DNA of 64,000 bases from Candidatus Marinacidobacterium sp. (GTDB lineage: Bacteria; Acidobacteriota; Vicinamibacteria; Marinacidobacterales; Marinacidobacteraceae), in the NCBI GenBank assembly GCA_965204755.1, contig OZ242011.1, positions 2,912,001 to 2,976,000 of the forward strand. The letters are read 5' to 3'. Below are positions 1-9,473 of the stretch, in pieces. Made by a program: the position numbers and the translations under genes. Within the stretch, counting starts at the first letter, position 1, and each line of letters starts with the position of its first letter. The notes beneath the pieces were generated by a model, which worked only from the letters and a program-made list of their open reading frames with translations, did no database searches and was not told the DNA's origin.

Positions 1-1191
1 GAGGTCGCCGACCAGCATGCGCACCACCGTGCCGTAACTCTCCGCCCCGTCCGGGACGCGCATGGTGCGGAGGTAGGAGTCGTTCACCCGGCGGGCCGCG
101 CCCCGGACGACTCCCCGGTGGCGCGCCCAGAACTCGTTGAGCGCGTCCAGGTCCCGGCGCGGGCCGGGGCCGAGCGCCGCCCAGGCCCGTTCCCGCGCCG
201 GGGCGTCGGCGTGTCGGGACGCGGCCAGCAAGTGCCGGGAAGCGAAGAACGAAGCCGCGTAGCGCAGGTAGGGATGGCGCCGGCCGCGCGACAGCGCGAG
301 CCAGGCGACGAAACTCGCTTCGCCTTCGTGGGTCACCGCCCGCTGGTGCGCCTTCTCGTGCGCCGCGGTGAAGGCGACCGCCACATCCGGCGGCTGCGTG
401 TTCACCGTCGGCTCCCCGGTGAACGGGACGAAGATCCCGCTGACGCCCATCCGCGACATCAGCGAGGAGAACACCGCCGGCTTGACCGGCGCCGCCGCGC
501 GGGGGGCCGGGTCGCCGGGAAGGCCGAGTTCGTCGTAGGCGGCATCGATCTCCCGGCTCAGCGCGGCGAGGTCGAGCGGGTTCCGGGAGACCCGGTCGGT
601 CGGCAGACGGGCGCGGCGATGGTCGCGGGTGGTCTCCGCGGCCATGCGGCGGGCCAGCCGCGCCACCTCGGCCGGCCCGATCCCGTCGGTCGGGAGTCCG
701 AGCCGGTGCTCCAGCCGGGGGCGGCTGTAGTTGAGGCCCCAGACCAGCAGGAACGCCGCGTAGAGCGTCCCGGTGCCGGCGACGGCCACCGCGGCCAGCC
801 AGCCCAGCCGCCGCCAGGCGCCGCGGGGCCCGGCTCGTCCGGCGGCCTCCGGCGCGGCGGGGTCCCCGACCGCTTCCCGCTGCCGGAACCGGCGAACCAG
901 CCGCCAGACCCGCCGGCCGACGACGAACACCGCCGCCCCTCCGACCAGCAACTCGGCGACCGAGAACGGGACCGCGCCGCTGACCCGGGCGAACGCCCCG
1001 ATGACCCACGGATAGACGCCGCCGGTGTACGCCGCTTCCACCCGCTCCGGCCAAGCCGCGCCGAGCCGGAACACCGCGGCGCCGAGCAGTCCGGCGAGCG
1101 TCCCGAACAGGACGAACCGCCGACGCGCCAGCCGCCGTGCGAAGCGGAGGGCGCCCCGGAAACGGTCGGCTCGCGCGCGCTCGCTGCTCAT
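1..1191 (-). CDS. DUF3810-family membrane-anchored putative zinc peptidase (3' end runs off the window)
   Basis: Not in the ORF track because it has no stop in the window. Manual translation of the minus strand gives AHEKAHQRAVTHEGEASFVAWLA (HEXXH plus downstream E) and NDSYLRTMRVPDGAESYGTVV, typical of DUF3810. ATG at 1191 is in frame and follows a purine-rich stretch. Confidence 0.75.
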   Translation of the reverse strand, partial: MSSERARADRFRGALRFARRLARRRFVLFGTLAGLLGAAVFRLGAAWPERVEAAYTGGVYPWVIGAFARVSGAVPFSVAELLVGGAAVFVVGRRVWRLVRRFRQREAVGDPAAPEAAGRAGPRGAWRRLGWLAAVAVAGTGTLYAAFLLVWGLNYSRPRLEHRLGLPTDGIGPAEVARLARRMAAETTRDHRRARLPTDRVSRNPLDLAALSREIDAAYDELGLPGDPAPRAAAPVKPAVFSSLMSRMGVSGIFVPFTGEPTVNTQPPDVAVAFTAAHEKAHQRAVTHEGEASFVAWLALSRGRRHPYLRYAASFFASRHLLAASRHADAPARERAWAALGPGPRRDLDALNEFWARHRGVVRGAARRVNDSYLRTMRVPDGAESYGTVVRMLVGDL

Positions 1192-1276
1192 CGGCCCCCT
1201 TCCCGATCCCCCCGCGAACTGTAAACGGGAGCGTTCCGGCGCCGGCCCCGCCGCGCCCGGCCGACCGCTCCCGGAG

Positions 1277-1939
1277 TCAGCCGGTCCCCGGCGAACCGGC
1301 GCCGAACGCGGCGAGGCCCCGGTGGAGATACCGCTCCGCGGTCCGGTCGAAGCCGACGCCGGGAGCGACCAGGGCGCGGCGGCTCAGGTTGGCCGCCATC
1401 AGCCCGGTCCGGGTGTGCGGGCAGTCCGGGGCGATGGTGTGGAGGAGTTCGTGGGCGAGCACCCGTCCGAGGGCCGTGCCGAGCCGCGCCGCCCGCCGGC
1501 CGGCGACGGCGTTCGCCTCGCGCGGCGCTCCCCGCCAACCCAGCGCCCGCTTCGCCGCGTCGACGGACAGGAACACCGACCGGCGCTCGCCCGGCGCGCC
1601 GACGGCGACGCCCAGCGCGCGGGGTTCGACCCGCCAGTTCGTCGGGAGTTCCGGGTAGAGGGTCGCCGGGATGACCCGGCGGCCGCCGCGCGTCACGAAC
1701 TCGACGGAGGCGCCGCTGCGACCGAAGGCCTCGGCGGCTTCGGACTGCAGTCGGTTCCTCACCGGCCGCGAGAGCAGGCGGTAGGGGTCGTAGAGCCGCA
1801 CCAGAAGCGCCGGCGCGGGCGCCGGGAACGCCTGCGCCCGGCCGCCGGCGCCGGCGGGGCCGGGCGCCCCCCGGACGAGTCCCGGCCCGGTCGCCGCGAA
1901 CGCGAGCAGGAGGGCCAGAGTGCGTGTCTCGAGCCGCAT
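1277..1939 (-). CDS. Secreted hypothetical protein with HEXXH motif (putative zincin-like)
   Basis: Signal-peptide-like N-terminus; GRVLAHELLHTIAPDCPHTRTGLM; clear paralog at 3322-4233. Confidence 0.75.
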   Translation of the reverse strand: MRLETRTLALLLAFAATGPGLVRGAPGPAGAGGRAQAFPAPAPALLVRLYDPYRLLSRPVRNRLQSEAAEAFGRSGASVEFVTRGGRRVIPATLYPELPTNWRVEPRALGVAVGAPGERRSVFLSVDAAKRALGWRGAPREANAVAGRRAARLGTALGRVLAHELLHTIAPDCPHTRTGLMAANLSRRALVAPGVGFDRTAERYLHRGLAAFGAGSPGTG

Positions 1940-1968
1940 GACCCGCTCGAACGGATCCCGCGCCGCCC

Positions 1969-2037
1969 GGTTCGGAATTCTCCGGAATCCACGGTTTTCG
2001 CCGGTGTTTCGTGAATCGGCGGTTCAGTTCTTCGAAT
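1969..2037 (-). promoter_or_regulatory. Conserved upstream motif of HEXXH paralog 1 (GGTTCGGAATTC plus 11-bp direct repeats 21 bp apart)
   Basis: The same motifs occur at the same distance (30 and 66-67 nt) from the start codon of paralog 2. Confidence 0.55.
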
Positions 2038-2166
2038 TCCCGGAGTTCGGGGCGGTTCCGCTCGCCCGCGGGCGGCCGTGGTTACGATCCCGCCCCCGGC
2101 GGCCCGAGGCGTTTCGGCTCGCCTCCGCCGACCCGGCGGCCCTTCCCGACGAGGAGAAGTCGAGAC

Positions 2167-2631
2167 ATGGCGTCGATCCAGCGCATCCATCCCTTCCTGT
2201 GGTTCGACGGCCGCGCCGAAGAAGCCGCCCGCTTCTATGTGGAAGCGTTCGGCGGGGACTCGGCGGTCACGAATGTGCTGAGGATCCCGGTGGGGCCGGT
2301 GGCCGGGAATGTCCTGGTGGACTTCCGGCTGGACGGGCAGGCGTTCACCGCCGTGGACGGCGGCCCGGTGTTCTCTTTCACCCCGGCGATCTCGCTGGTC
2401 GTCTCCTGCGAGACTCAGGCGGAGATCGACCGCTACTGGGAGCGCCTGTCCGACGGCGGGCGCGGCGACATGTGCGGCTGGGTCCACGACCGCTTCGGCG
2501 TCTCCTGGCAGGTGCTGCCGGCGCGGCTGAACGAGTGGGCCACCGCCGCGCCCGAACCGGTGATGGAGGCGTTCCTGGCGATGATGAAGATCGACCTGGA
2601 ACGCCTCCGCCAACTGTCCGGCGCGGGCTGA
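2167..2631 (+). CDS. VOC/PhnB-family protein (3-demethylubiquinone-9 3-methyltransferase-like)
   Basis: IHPFLWFDGRAEEAARFY, FSFTPAISLVV, CGWVHDRFGVSWQV, MMKIDL; GAGGAG upstream of ATG 2167. Confidence 0.9.
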   Translation: MASIQRIHPFLWFDGRAEEAARFYVEAFGGDSAVTNVLRIPVGPVAGNVLVDFRLDGQAFTAVDGGPVFSFTPAISLVVSCETQAEIDRYWERLSDGGRGDMCGWVHDRFGVSWQVLPARLNEWATAAPEPVMEAFLAMMKIDLERLRQLSGAG

Positions 2632-2693
2632 CCCGGCGGGGGCGGACGCGCTCGCCGGTCGCGGCGCGGGTCGAGGGGCACGGGGATCGATTG

Positions 2694-3026
2694 ATGGCGC
2701 GAGCCACCGAGGCGATCGGGTCGGTGGAAGGGTCGCTCGAAGGTGTGACGATCCGCGGCAAGAAGGCGCTCGTCGTGTGCGACACGATCACCGGTCGGCG
2801 AATCGAGTGTGTTTGCGCCGACCGCGCGATCGCGGAGAGCGCTGGGGATTTCCTGGGAGAAGTCGTGTGCGTCCGGGGCCGGGTGCGCTACGGCCCCGAC
2901 GGGCGCCCCACTTCGGTTGCGGCCGCTTCCTTCCGTCGGTTGGGAGGCGAAGCCCGCGTGCAGCCCGAAGACCTGCGCGGACTCTTCGCCGACGACCCGG
3001 TCAATCTGGAGGAATGGGCCCGCTAT
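2694..3026 (+). pseudogene. Short hypothetical protein or fragment whose 3' end runs into a MITE
   Basis: Protein-like composition from ATG 2694 (GSVEGSLEGVTIRG...VCVRGRVRYGPDGRP) until 3026, after which the frame reads through the MITE and overlaps the convergent gene. Confidence 0.5.
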
Positions 3027-3247
3027 CAGCCCGTGGAAAAAGCGCCCCGCCGTCCATTCCCCGACGCGAGGGCGCCAAGTCCGCGTTCGGTAGTGCGGCG
3101 GGGCGCTCTTCCCACGGGCCGGCGGCGCGAATCGCTGCGCGATTCCCCCCGCCATCTATCGCGGGGAGGGGGCCGCCCCCTCCCCGCACCCCTCCCCGGT
3201 CGGCGCTTCGCGCCGACGGGGGCTCTCCGGACTTTCTCCACGGGCGG
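3027..3247. mobile_element. MITE-like element, 221 bp, copy 1
   Basis: Terminal inverted repeats CAGCCCGTGGAAAAAG / CTTTCTCCACGGGCGG, internal palindromes, same-length homolog at 62439-62659, no transposase. Confidence 0.75.
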
Positions 3248-3321
3248 CGTCAGGCGAAGAACGCCGGCGGGCGGCATCGGGCGGCGAAGCGCAGCGCGCG
3301 CCGCAGCGGCTCGCTCCGCCG

Positions 3322-4233
3322 CTACGGCGCGTCCGGAGCGGTGCGGCCGCCTCCGTAGGCGGCGGCGCCCCGGCGCAGGTAGGCGCGGGCGATCTCGTCG
3401 AAGTCCGCTTCGGGGGAGGTGAGCATCCAGCGGGTCAGCCGGGCGGACATCAGCCCGCTCCCGGTGTGGGGGCAGTCCGGGGCGATGGCGTGGACGAGTT
3501 CGTGGGCCAGCACCCGGCCGAGCGCCCGGCCGAACCGGATGGCCGCCGGCCCCTCTTTCGGGCCCGCCCTCCGCCCCCCGGCGCCGGGCCAGCCGAGAGC
3601 GCGGCCGATGGCGCCGACCGACAGGAAGATGGACCTCGGCCCTTCCGGATCGCCCACCGCCACTCCGAGCGCTCCCCGCGCCACCTTCCAGTTCCGGGGG
3701 ATCTCCGGGTAGAGCGTCGCCGGGACGATGGGCGGGCCGCCGCCGCTCGTGACGAATCGAATCCGGGCGCCGCTTCTCCGGAACGCCGCGGCCGCCTCTT
3801 CCCGCAGCCGGTCGAGGGCTTCGTCGGAGAGCAGGTGCTCCGGGTTGTGCAGCCGCACGAGGATGGAGGGCGGGCCGGCCTCGGGCGCCGCGCCGCCGTC
3901 CGTCCGCGAGTCCGGGGCGGGACGGGCCCACCACGGGAGCCGCCGGATGGCGAGATGCGGAACGCTCGTCGAGGGCGCGCGCCGTCGGCCGGCGGCGGCG
4001 AGTCGCCGGGGCGGGCGGCCCGGCGGCGCGAACGCGGCCCGGCCGTCCGGGGCGTTCGGCGCCCGCGCCGCGTCCGGGTGTTCGACCGCGCCGCGGGGGC
4101 CGGGTTCGGGAAATCCAGCGCCAGCGGCGGATAGGGGAGGTTCGGCGCGCTCGGGGGCCGGGCGCGCCGGGGAGCCGGAGGCGGCGGCCGCGAACAGCAG
4201 CAGGCCGACTCCGGCGTGGAGGGCGAAATGCAT
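3322..4233 (-). CDS. Secreted hypothetical protein with HEXXH motif, paralog of 1277-1939, with a Pro/Ala/Arg-rich linker
   Basis: MHFALHAGVGLLLFAAAA signal; GRVLAHELVHAIAPDCPHTGSGLM. Confidence 0.72.
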   Translation of the reverse strand: MHFALHAGVGLLLFAAAASGSPARPAPERAEPPLSAAGAGFPEPGPRGAVEHPDAARAPNAPDGRAAFAPPGRPPRRLAAAGRRRAPSTSVPHLAIRRLPWWARPAPDSRTDGGAAPEAGPPSILVRLHNPEHLLSDEALDRLREEAAAAFRRSGARIRFVTSGGGPPIVPATLYPEIPRNWKVARGALGVAVGDPEGPRSIFLSVGAIGRALGWPGAGGRRAGPKEGPAAIRFGRALGRVLAHELVHAIAPDCPHTGSGLMSARLTRWMLTSPEADFDEIARAYLRRGAAAYGGGRTAPDAP

Positions 4234-4262
4234 GGCGCCGCTGAACGAGCCGCTTCCGACCG

Positions 4263-4330
4263 GGTTCGGAATTCGTCGAATTTCGGTCGAAAAGCGGCGT
4301 TTTCTGAATTCGGCGTTCCGTTTCCTGAAT
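4263..4330 (-). promoter_or_regulatory. Conserved upstream motif of HEXXH paralog 2
   Basis: GGTTCGGAATTC at 4263-4274; GTTTTCTGAAT (4299-4309) and GTTTCCTGAAT (4320-4330), period 21. Confidence 0.55.
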
Positions 4331-4402
4331 CCGCCCGGCGAATTCGTCCGTCCGCGCCTCCGCCGGCGCCGCGCACGGGTACCATCGGCGGCGCCGGAAC
4401 GG

Positions 4403-5704
4403 ATGGCGGGACGCCCGAAACTGCAACCCTCCGGCCCCGCGCCCGGATCGCTCGGGAACGGCCGGTTCGACGCCGCGGTGGTGGGCGCGGGCATCGTGGG
4501 CCTGGCGGTCGCGCGCGAGTTGCAGCGGGCGGGCGGCGGGACCGGTCCCGGGGGCCGCTCCCGCAACGGCTCCCGGAACCGCTCGCTCAACCGCTCGGTC
4601 GTCGTCTTCGAGAAGGAGGACGGGATCGCCCGGCACCAGACCGGTCGGAACAGCGGCGTCATCCACTCCGGCCTCTACTACCGGCCCGGCTCCCTGCGCG
4701 CGAAGACCTGCCGCCGCGGGGTGGGGCTGCTCACCGGGTTCTGCGACCGCCGCGGCGTCCCCTACTCGCAGTGCGGCAAGGTCATCGTCGCCCGCGGCGC
4801 GGCGGAGCGGGAGCGGCTGGCCGCCCTCCTCCGCCGGGGACAGGAGAACGGCGTCCCCGGCCTGCGGCTCCTCGACCGCGCCGCTCTGCGGGAGATCGAG
4901 CCGCGCGCCGAGGGGGACGCGGCGCTCCACTCGCCGACTTCCGGCGTCGTCCGGTTCAGCGAAGTGGCGGCGGCGATCCGCCGGCGTTTCGAGGCGGCGG
5001 GCGGAACGCTGGTTACCGGGGCGCGCGTCCTCGGCGTCGCCCGGGAGCCGGACGGCGGGCTGCGCGTCCTCACCACCGCCGGGGAGGCGGTTTGCCGGCA
5101 ACTCGTGAACTGCGCCGGGCTCCACGCCGACCGCGTGGCCCGGCTCGCCGGGGACGAACCGGGGTTGGCGGTGCTGCCCTTCCGGGGCGAGTACTACCGG
5201 CTGCGCGCCGACCGGGCGGGATTGGTCCGCGGCCTGATCTACCCGGTCCCCGATCCCCGCTTCCCGTTCCTCGGCGTCCACCTCCACCGGGGGCTCGGCG
5301 GGGAGGTCGGGGCCGGGCCGAACGCCGTCCTCGCCGGGGCGCGGGAGGGGTACCGCCGCCGCGACCTCGACCGGCGCGACCTCCGCGAGATGGCGGGCTA
5401 CGCCGGGCTGCGCCGGCTCGCGCTGCGGGAGTGGCGCGCGGGCTGCGGCGAGATCGCCCGGTCGCTCTCGAAGCGGCTGTTCACTCGTCAACTGCGGCGG
5501 TTGGTCCCGGAGATTTCTGCCGCCGACCTCGAGCCGGCGCCCTCCGGCGTCCGGGCGGTGGCGGTGCTGCCGGACGGGCGGATCGCCGACGACTTCCGGG
5601 TTCTCCGGCGGGAGAACCGCGTCCATGTGCTGAACGCGCCGAGCCCGGCGGCCACCGCTTCGTTCGCCATCGCGGAACGCGTGGTTCGGCTGGCGCTGGA
5701 ATGA
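4403..5704 (+). CDS. lhgO: L-2-hydroxyglutarate oxidase (FAD-dependent)
   Basis: VVGAGIVGLA, HQTGRNSGVIHSGLYY, PFRGEYY, IYPVPDPRFPFLGVH, NAPSPAATAS; start approximate. Confidence 0.9.
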   Translation: MAGRPKLQPSGPAPGSLGNGRFDAAVVGAGIVGLAVARELQRAGGGTGPGGRSRNGSRNRSLNRSVVVFEKEDGIARHQTGRNSGVIHSGLYYRPGSLRAKTCRRGVGLLTGFCDRRGVPYSQCGKVIVARGAAERERLAALLRRGQENGVPGLRLLDRAALREIEPRAEGDAALHSPTSGVVRFSEVAAAIRRRFEAAGGTLVTGARVLGVAREPDGGLRVLTTAGEAVCRQLVNCAGLHADRVARLAGDEPGLAVLPFRGEYYRLRADRAGLVRGLIYPVPDPRFPFLGVHLHRGLGGEVGAGPNAVLAGAREGYRRRDLDRRDLREMAGYAGLRRLALREWRAGCGEIARSLSKRLFTRQLRRLVPEISAADLEPAPSGVRAVAVLPDGRIADDFRVLRRENRVHVLNAPSPAATASFAIAERVVRLALE

Positions 5705-6738
5705 CCGGGGAGCGCATCGCCGCGTCGGCCGGCGCGGCCGGGTCGGCGGCGGGCAGGTCATCGAGCCGCGTCGCCGGGTCGGCGGGCGCGGCCGCGTCGG
5801 CCGGCGCGGCCGGGCCGGGGTCGCGCCGGTTCGCCGTCGCCGCCGGGGTCTTCCTCGCCTACCTGGTCGGCGTCATCCTCTTCGGCGCGTGGGTGCGCAT
5901 CTCCCACTCCGGGGACGGCTGCGGCAGCCACTGGCCGACCTGCGGCGGCGAGATCGTCCCGGTCGCGCCGTCCTCCGCCGCGCTCATCGAATACGCGCAC
6001 CGGGTGACCAGCGGTTTCGCCGGCGTCCTGGCGGCGGCGCTGCTCGCCTGGGCGGTCGTCCGCTTCCGCTGGGGGCTGCCGACCCGGGCCCTCGCCGCCA
6101 CCGTCTTCTTCCTGCTGGTCGAGGCCGGCATCGGCGCCGGGCTGGTGCTCGGCGGGTTGACCGGCAGCGACGACTCGGCGGCGCGCGCCGTCGTCATCGC
6201 GCTCCACCTGGTGAACACGCTGGCGCTCACCGCCGGCGCGGCGCTCGCGGCGTGGTCGGCTGCCGACCCGGCGCGGGTTCTGCGCTTCCGCCGGCCGCGC
6301 GCCTTCGGGCCGGCGGTCGCCTTGGTCATCGTTACGGCGATGACCGGGGCGGTCACCGCGCTCGGCGACACGCTCCTGCCGCGCGAGGCCGCGCTCGGAG
6401 CGGGGCTGTTCGCCTCCGTCGCGGAGGACTTCGGCGCGGGCAACCACTTCCTCGTCCGGCTGCGCGCGGTGCACCCGGCCTTCGCGCTCCTCGCCGCCGG
6501 CTATGTGGTCTGGCTGCTCCGCCCGGAAATGCGCGCCGGCGGGTGGGCGCGGCTCGCGGTCGCGGTCGTGATCGTGGAATGCGCCGTCGGCGCCGTCTCG
6601 GTCGCCCTCGCCGCCCCCGGTTGGATCCAGATCGTCCACCTGCTCGTCGCGCAGGCGTTCTGGATCGCGTTCGCGCTGGCCTGGGTTTCGCCGGCCGGCG
6701 GCGCGGCGGCTATTCGATCCGGAGCGTCTTCCGGATGA
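5701..6738 (+). CDS. ctaA: Heme A synthase, COX15/CtaA family
   Basis: GAWVRISHSGDGCGSHWPTC, IEYAHR, further conserved His in TM helices; ATGA overlap with the lhgO stop. Confidence 0.85.
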   Translation: MTGERIAASAGAAGSAAGRSSSRVAGSAGAAASAGAAGPGSRRFAVAAGVFLAYLVGVILFGAWVRISHSGDGCGSHWPTCGGEIVPVAPSSAALIEYAHRVTSGFAGVLAAALLAWAVVRFRWGLPTRALAATVFFLLVEAGIGAGLVLGGLTGSDDSAARAVVIALHLVNTLALTAGAALAAWSAADPARVLRFRRPRAFGPAVALVIVTAMTGAVTALGDTLLPREAALGAGLFASVAEDFGAGNHFLVRLRAVHPAFALLAAGYVVWLLRPEMRAGGWARLAVAVVIVECAVGAVSVALAAPGWIQIVHLLVAQAFWIAFALAWVSPAGGAAAIRSGASSG

Positions 6739-9031
6739 AGCGCGCCATTCCCTCCCGCAGGTGGAGCGCCTGTTTCTCGTCGCGGATGCCGTGGCGCGAC
6801 TTGGGATAGAGCATCAACTCGAACGGCTTGCCCGCCTGCTGCAGGTCGTAGGCGAACTGCAGCGTGTTCTGCATGTGGACATTGTCGTCCATCGTGCCGT
6901 GTATGAGCAGCAAGTCTCCGTGGAGGTCCGCCGCCGCTTCGCGTACGGAACTCTTCCGGTACCCCTCCGGGTTCTCGTCCGGCGTGCCCATGTACCGCTC
7001 GGTATAGATGGAGTCGTAGTCGCGCCAGTCCACGACGCTGCCGCCGGCGATGCCGGCGCGAAACCGGTCGGAGCGCGTCATCGCGTAGAGCGTCAGGTAG
7101 CCGCCGAAACTCCAACCGTCGATTCCGATGCGCTCCGCGTCCACGAAGTCCCGTTCCCCGAGCCAGTCCACGGCGTCCACCAGGTCGGCGAGTTCCCGTT
7201 CGCCGAAGTTCCCGTACACCGGCCAGGCGGACTCCGCGCCCTTCCCGGAGGAGATGCGGTTGTCCACCACGAAGACGACGATCCCCTGCTGCGCGAGGTA
7301 CTGGAGCCACATCCCGCCCGTCCCGGGCCACGCGTTCCGCACCCGAGGCGCGTGCGGGCCGCCGTACACCTGGACCCACGCCGGATAGACGCGCCCTTCG
7401 TCGAAGTCGGGCGGTTTCACCAGCATCGCTTCGAGTTCCGTTCCGTCCGAGGCTTCGACGGTCAGCAGTTCCGGAGGCGAAGTCCGGAACCGGTCGAGCG
7501 CGGGAACCGCTCCCGGGGCGATTTCGCGAACGACGGCGCCGTCCGCCGCCCGGCGGAGTTCCATGCGCGGCGGCGTATGGAGGTCGGAAGTCACGGCGAT
7601 GAAGTGGGCGATCGGGCCTTCCTCCGGAAACACCGCGCGCTCGGCGCCGCCGGGAGTCCCGAGCGCGACCGCGCCGCTCCCGTCCAGGGGGATGCGGAGC
7701 GTGTCGAGGCCGAGCGACGAGTGGTAGGTGGCTGAGGCGTAGGCCGCGCCGGCGGTTTCGTCCACGGCGTGGAGCGCCCGCACTTCGTACCGTCCTTCAG
7801 TGAGCGGGCCGACGAGTTCGCCTTCGGCGTCGTAGCGGTAGAGGTGTTGGAAACCGGTGCGCTCGCTGAACCAGAGGAAACCGCCGCCGCCCACCTCGGA
7901 GAGGAAGACCGGCGGCCCGAGCGCATTCGCCCAAGGGCCGGCGTCTTCACGCAGCACGCGCCGCGATTCCCCGGTGCGCGGGTCGGCCCGGTGGAGGTCG
8001 AGGAAGGTCTGCGTCCGGTCCTGCACCTGGTACCAGAGTTCCCCCGAAGGAGCGAAGGTGACGCGGACGAGCAGGGTTTCGGCGTTTCCGTAGAGGCCCG
8101 GGTCCACCCAGACGATGCTCCCGCCCGAAGCGGCGGCGATACCCAGCCGCACCCGGGGATTCGGGTCGCCCGCCTTCGGATAGGGATAGACCTCCAGGCC
8201 GGGCCGGTAGGGCAGGTGGTCCACCACGGTGTAACGCGGCACTTCGCTCTCGTCGCTCGAAAGGAAGGCGATCCGGCTGCTGTCGGGGCTCCACCAGTGC
8301 GCGAGGAAGTCGCCGCGTCCGTAGATCTCTTCCTGATAGACCCAGTCCAGTTTCCCGTTCAGCCGGTCGGGGCCGCCGCCGGTGGTGAGCCGCAGTTCCG
8401 ACCCTTCCCGGTCCACGACGAACAGGTCGTTGCCGCGGACGAAGGCGACGCGTTTCCCGTCGGGGGAGAACCGCGCCAACTCTTCCGCTTCCGGCGACCG
8501 GGTCAGCCGCCGCAGCCGGCCCGCCGCCGGTTCTGCGTCGCCGGTTCTCGCGTTGTCGGTTTCCGTGTTGGGGAACTCCCACAGGAAGAGGTCGGACGCC
8601 AGGTCGAGCAGCAGCGCGTCGTTTCCGGGCGAGAGTGAGGGGGCAGCCGGGCGCGCCGCGGTCGCCGCTTCGTCCGCGGTGAGCGAGAGGGATTCGGCGA
8701 GCGCTGCGGCGAGCGCGTCGGCGTCGTAGAGCGGGCTCGCGGCGCCGGTCGCCGCTTCGACGACGCTCCACGAGCGCTCCGCTCCTTTGCCGGTTCCGGA
8801 GAGGAACGCGGCGCCGCCGGAAAGCCAGCGGATTCGCGGCAGGTCGGGCGAGAACTCGAGCGCCTCCGGCCCGTAGAGGTGATGGAGTCGGATGGGTTCC
8901 TTGCCGCCGGAGTCGGCAGAGGGTGTCTGCGCTGTCGCCGGCGCCGCGAGCAGCGCGGCCGCGGCCGCGGCGAGGGCGGTCGGCAATGGCGGGAGCGGGT
9001 TGGTCGGCGGCGGGGGGTGGAGGGTCGTCAT
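6710..9031 (-). CDS. S9B dipeptidyl-peptidase IV family serine peptidase
   Basis: DWVYQEEI, YPKAGDPNP, VYGGP, GWSFGG nucleophile, YTERYMG, HGTMDDNVH, YPKSRHG. Confidence 0.93.
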   Translation of the reverse strand: MTTLHPPPPTNPLPPLPTALAAAAAALLAAPATAQTPSADSGGKEPIRLHHLYGPEALEFSPDLPRIRWLSGGAAFLSGTGKGAERSWSVVEAATGAASPLYDADALAAALAESLSLTADEAATAARPAAPSLSPGNDALLLDLASDLFLWEFPNTETDNARTGDAEPAAGRLRRLTRSPEAEELARFSPDGKRVAFVRGNDLFVVDREGSELRLTTGGGPDRLNGKLDWVYQEEIYGRGDFLAHWWSPDSSRIAFLSSDESEVPRYTVVDHLPYRPGLEVYPYPKAGDPNPRVRLGIAAASGGSIVWVDPGLYGNAETLLVRVTFAPSGELWYQVQDRTQTFLDLHRADPRTGESRRVLREDAGPWANALGPPVFLSEVGGGGFLWFSERTGFQHLYRYDAEGELVGPLTEGRYEVRALHAVDETAGAAYASATYHSSLGLDTLRIPLDGSGAVALGTPGGAERAVFPEEGPIAHFIAVTSDLHTPPRMELRRAADGAVVREIAPGAVPALDRFRTSPPELLTVEASDGTELEAMLVKPPDFDEGRVYPAWVQVYGGPHAPRVRNAWPGTGGMWLQYLAQQGIVVFVVDNRISSGKGAESAWPVYGNFGERELADLVDAVDWLGERDFVDAERIGIDGWSFGGYLTLYAMTRSDRFRAGIAGGSVVDWRDYDSIYTERYMGTPDENPEGYRKSSVREAAADLHGDLLLIHGTMDDNVHMQNTLQFAYDLQQAGKPFELMLYPKSRHGIRDEKQALHLREGMARFIRKTLRIE

Positions 9032-9174
9032 TCGGGGAGGGGTCTTTTCGGGCTCCCGCCTCGTCGAGGGGGATCGCGGCGCGGGAGTCCGGGTCTTCGG
9101 CGGCGCATCCGACCGGCCGAGGCCGCCGGCGGGGTCGGCGTGGACGGGAGGGAGGGTACTGCGCGGGCCGGCGC

Positions 9175-9270
9175 CGCGACTCGTGGGCGCCGCGGCTCGT
9201 GGGCGTCGCGACTCGTGGGCGTCGCGACTCGTGGGCGGCGCGACTCGTAGGCGTCGCGACTCGTGGGCGC
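9175..9270. repeat. Tandem repeat, 6 x 16 bp (CGCGACTCGTGGGCGN)
   Basis: Read directly; intergenic between divergent peptidase and amidohydrolase genes. Confidence 0.9.
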
Positions 9271-9473
9271 TGCGCCGGGGCGGGGGCGCGGCGGGGAGGT
9301 CCCCCCCGGAACGCCCTTCGCCGCCGCTTCGTCGGAGGCGCCTCCGCGACGCGCGGCCGGCGGTCAGGATCCGCCCGGTTGCCGTCGGGCCGGACGGGTT
9401 CCTCCGCGAGGCGCGGCCCGGCGGGCGGTCTCCGGGTACGATCCGACGCCTTTCCCTTCGGAGGATCTGTCCC

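Noticed and set aside
118-1224. 368-aa plus-strand ORF
   Set aside because: Shadow of the minus-strand DUF3810 gene, which has recognisable motifs.
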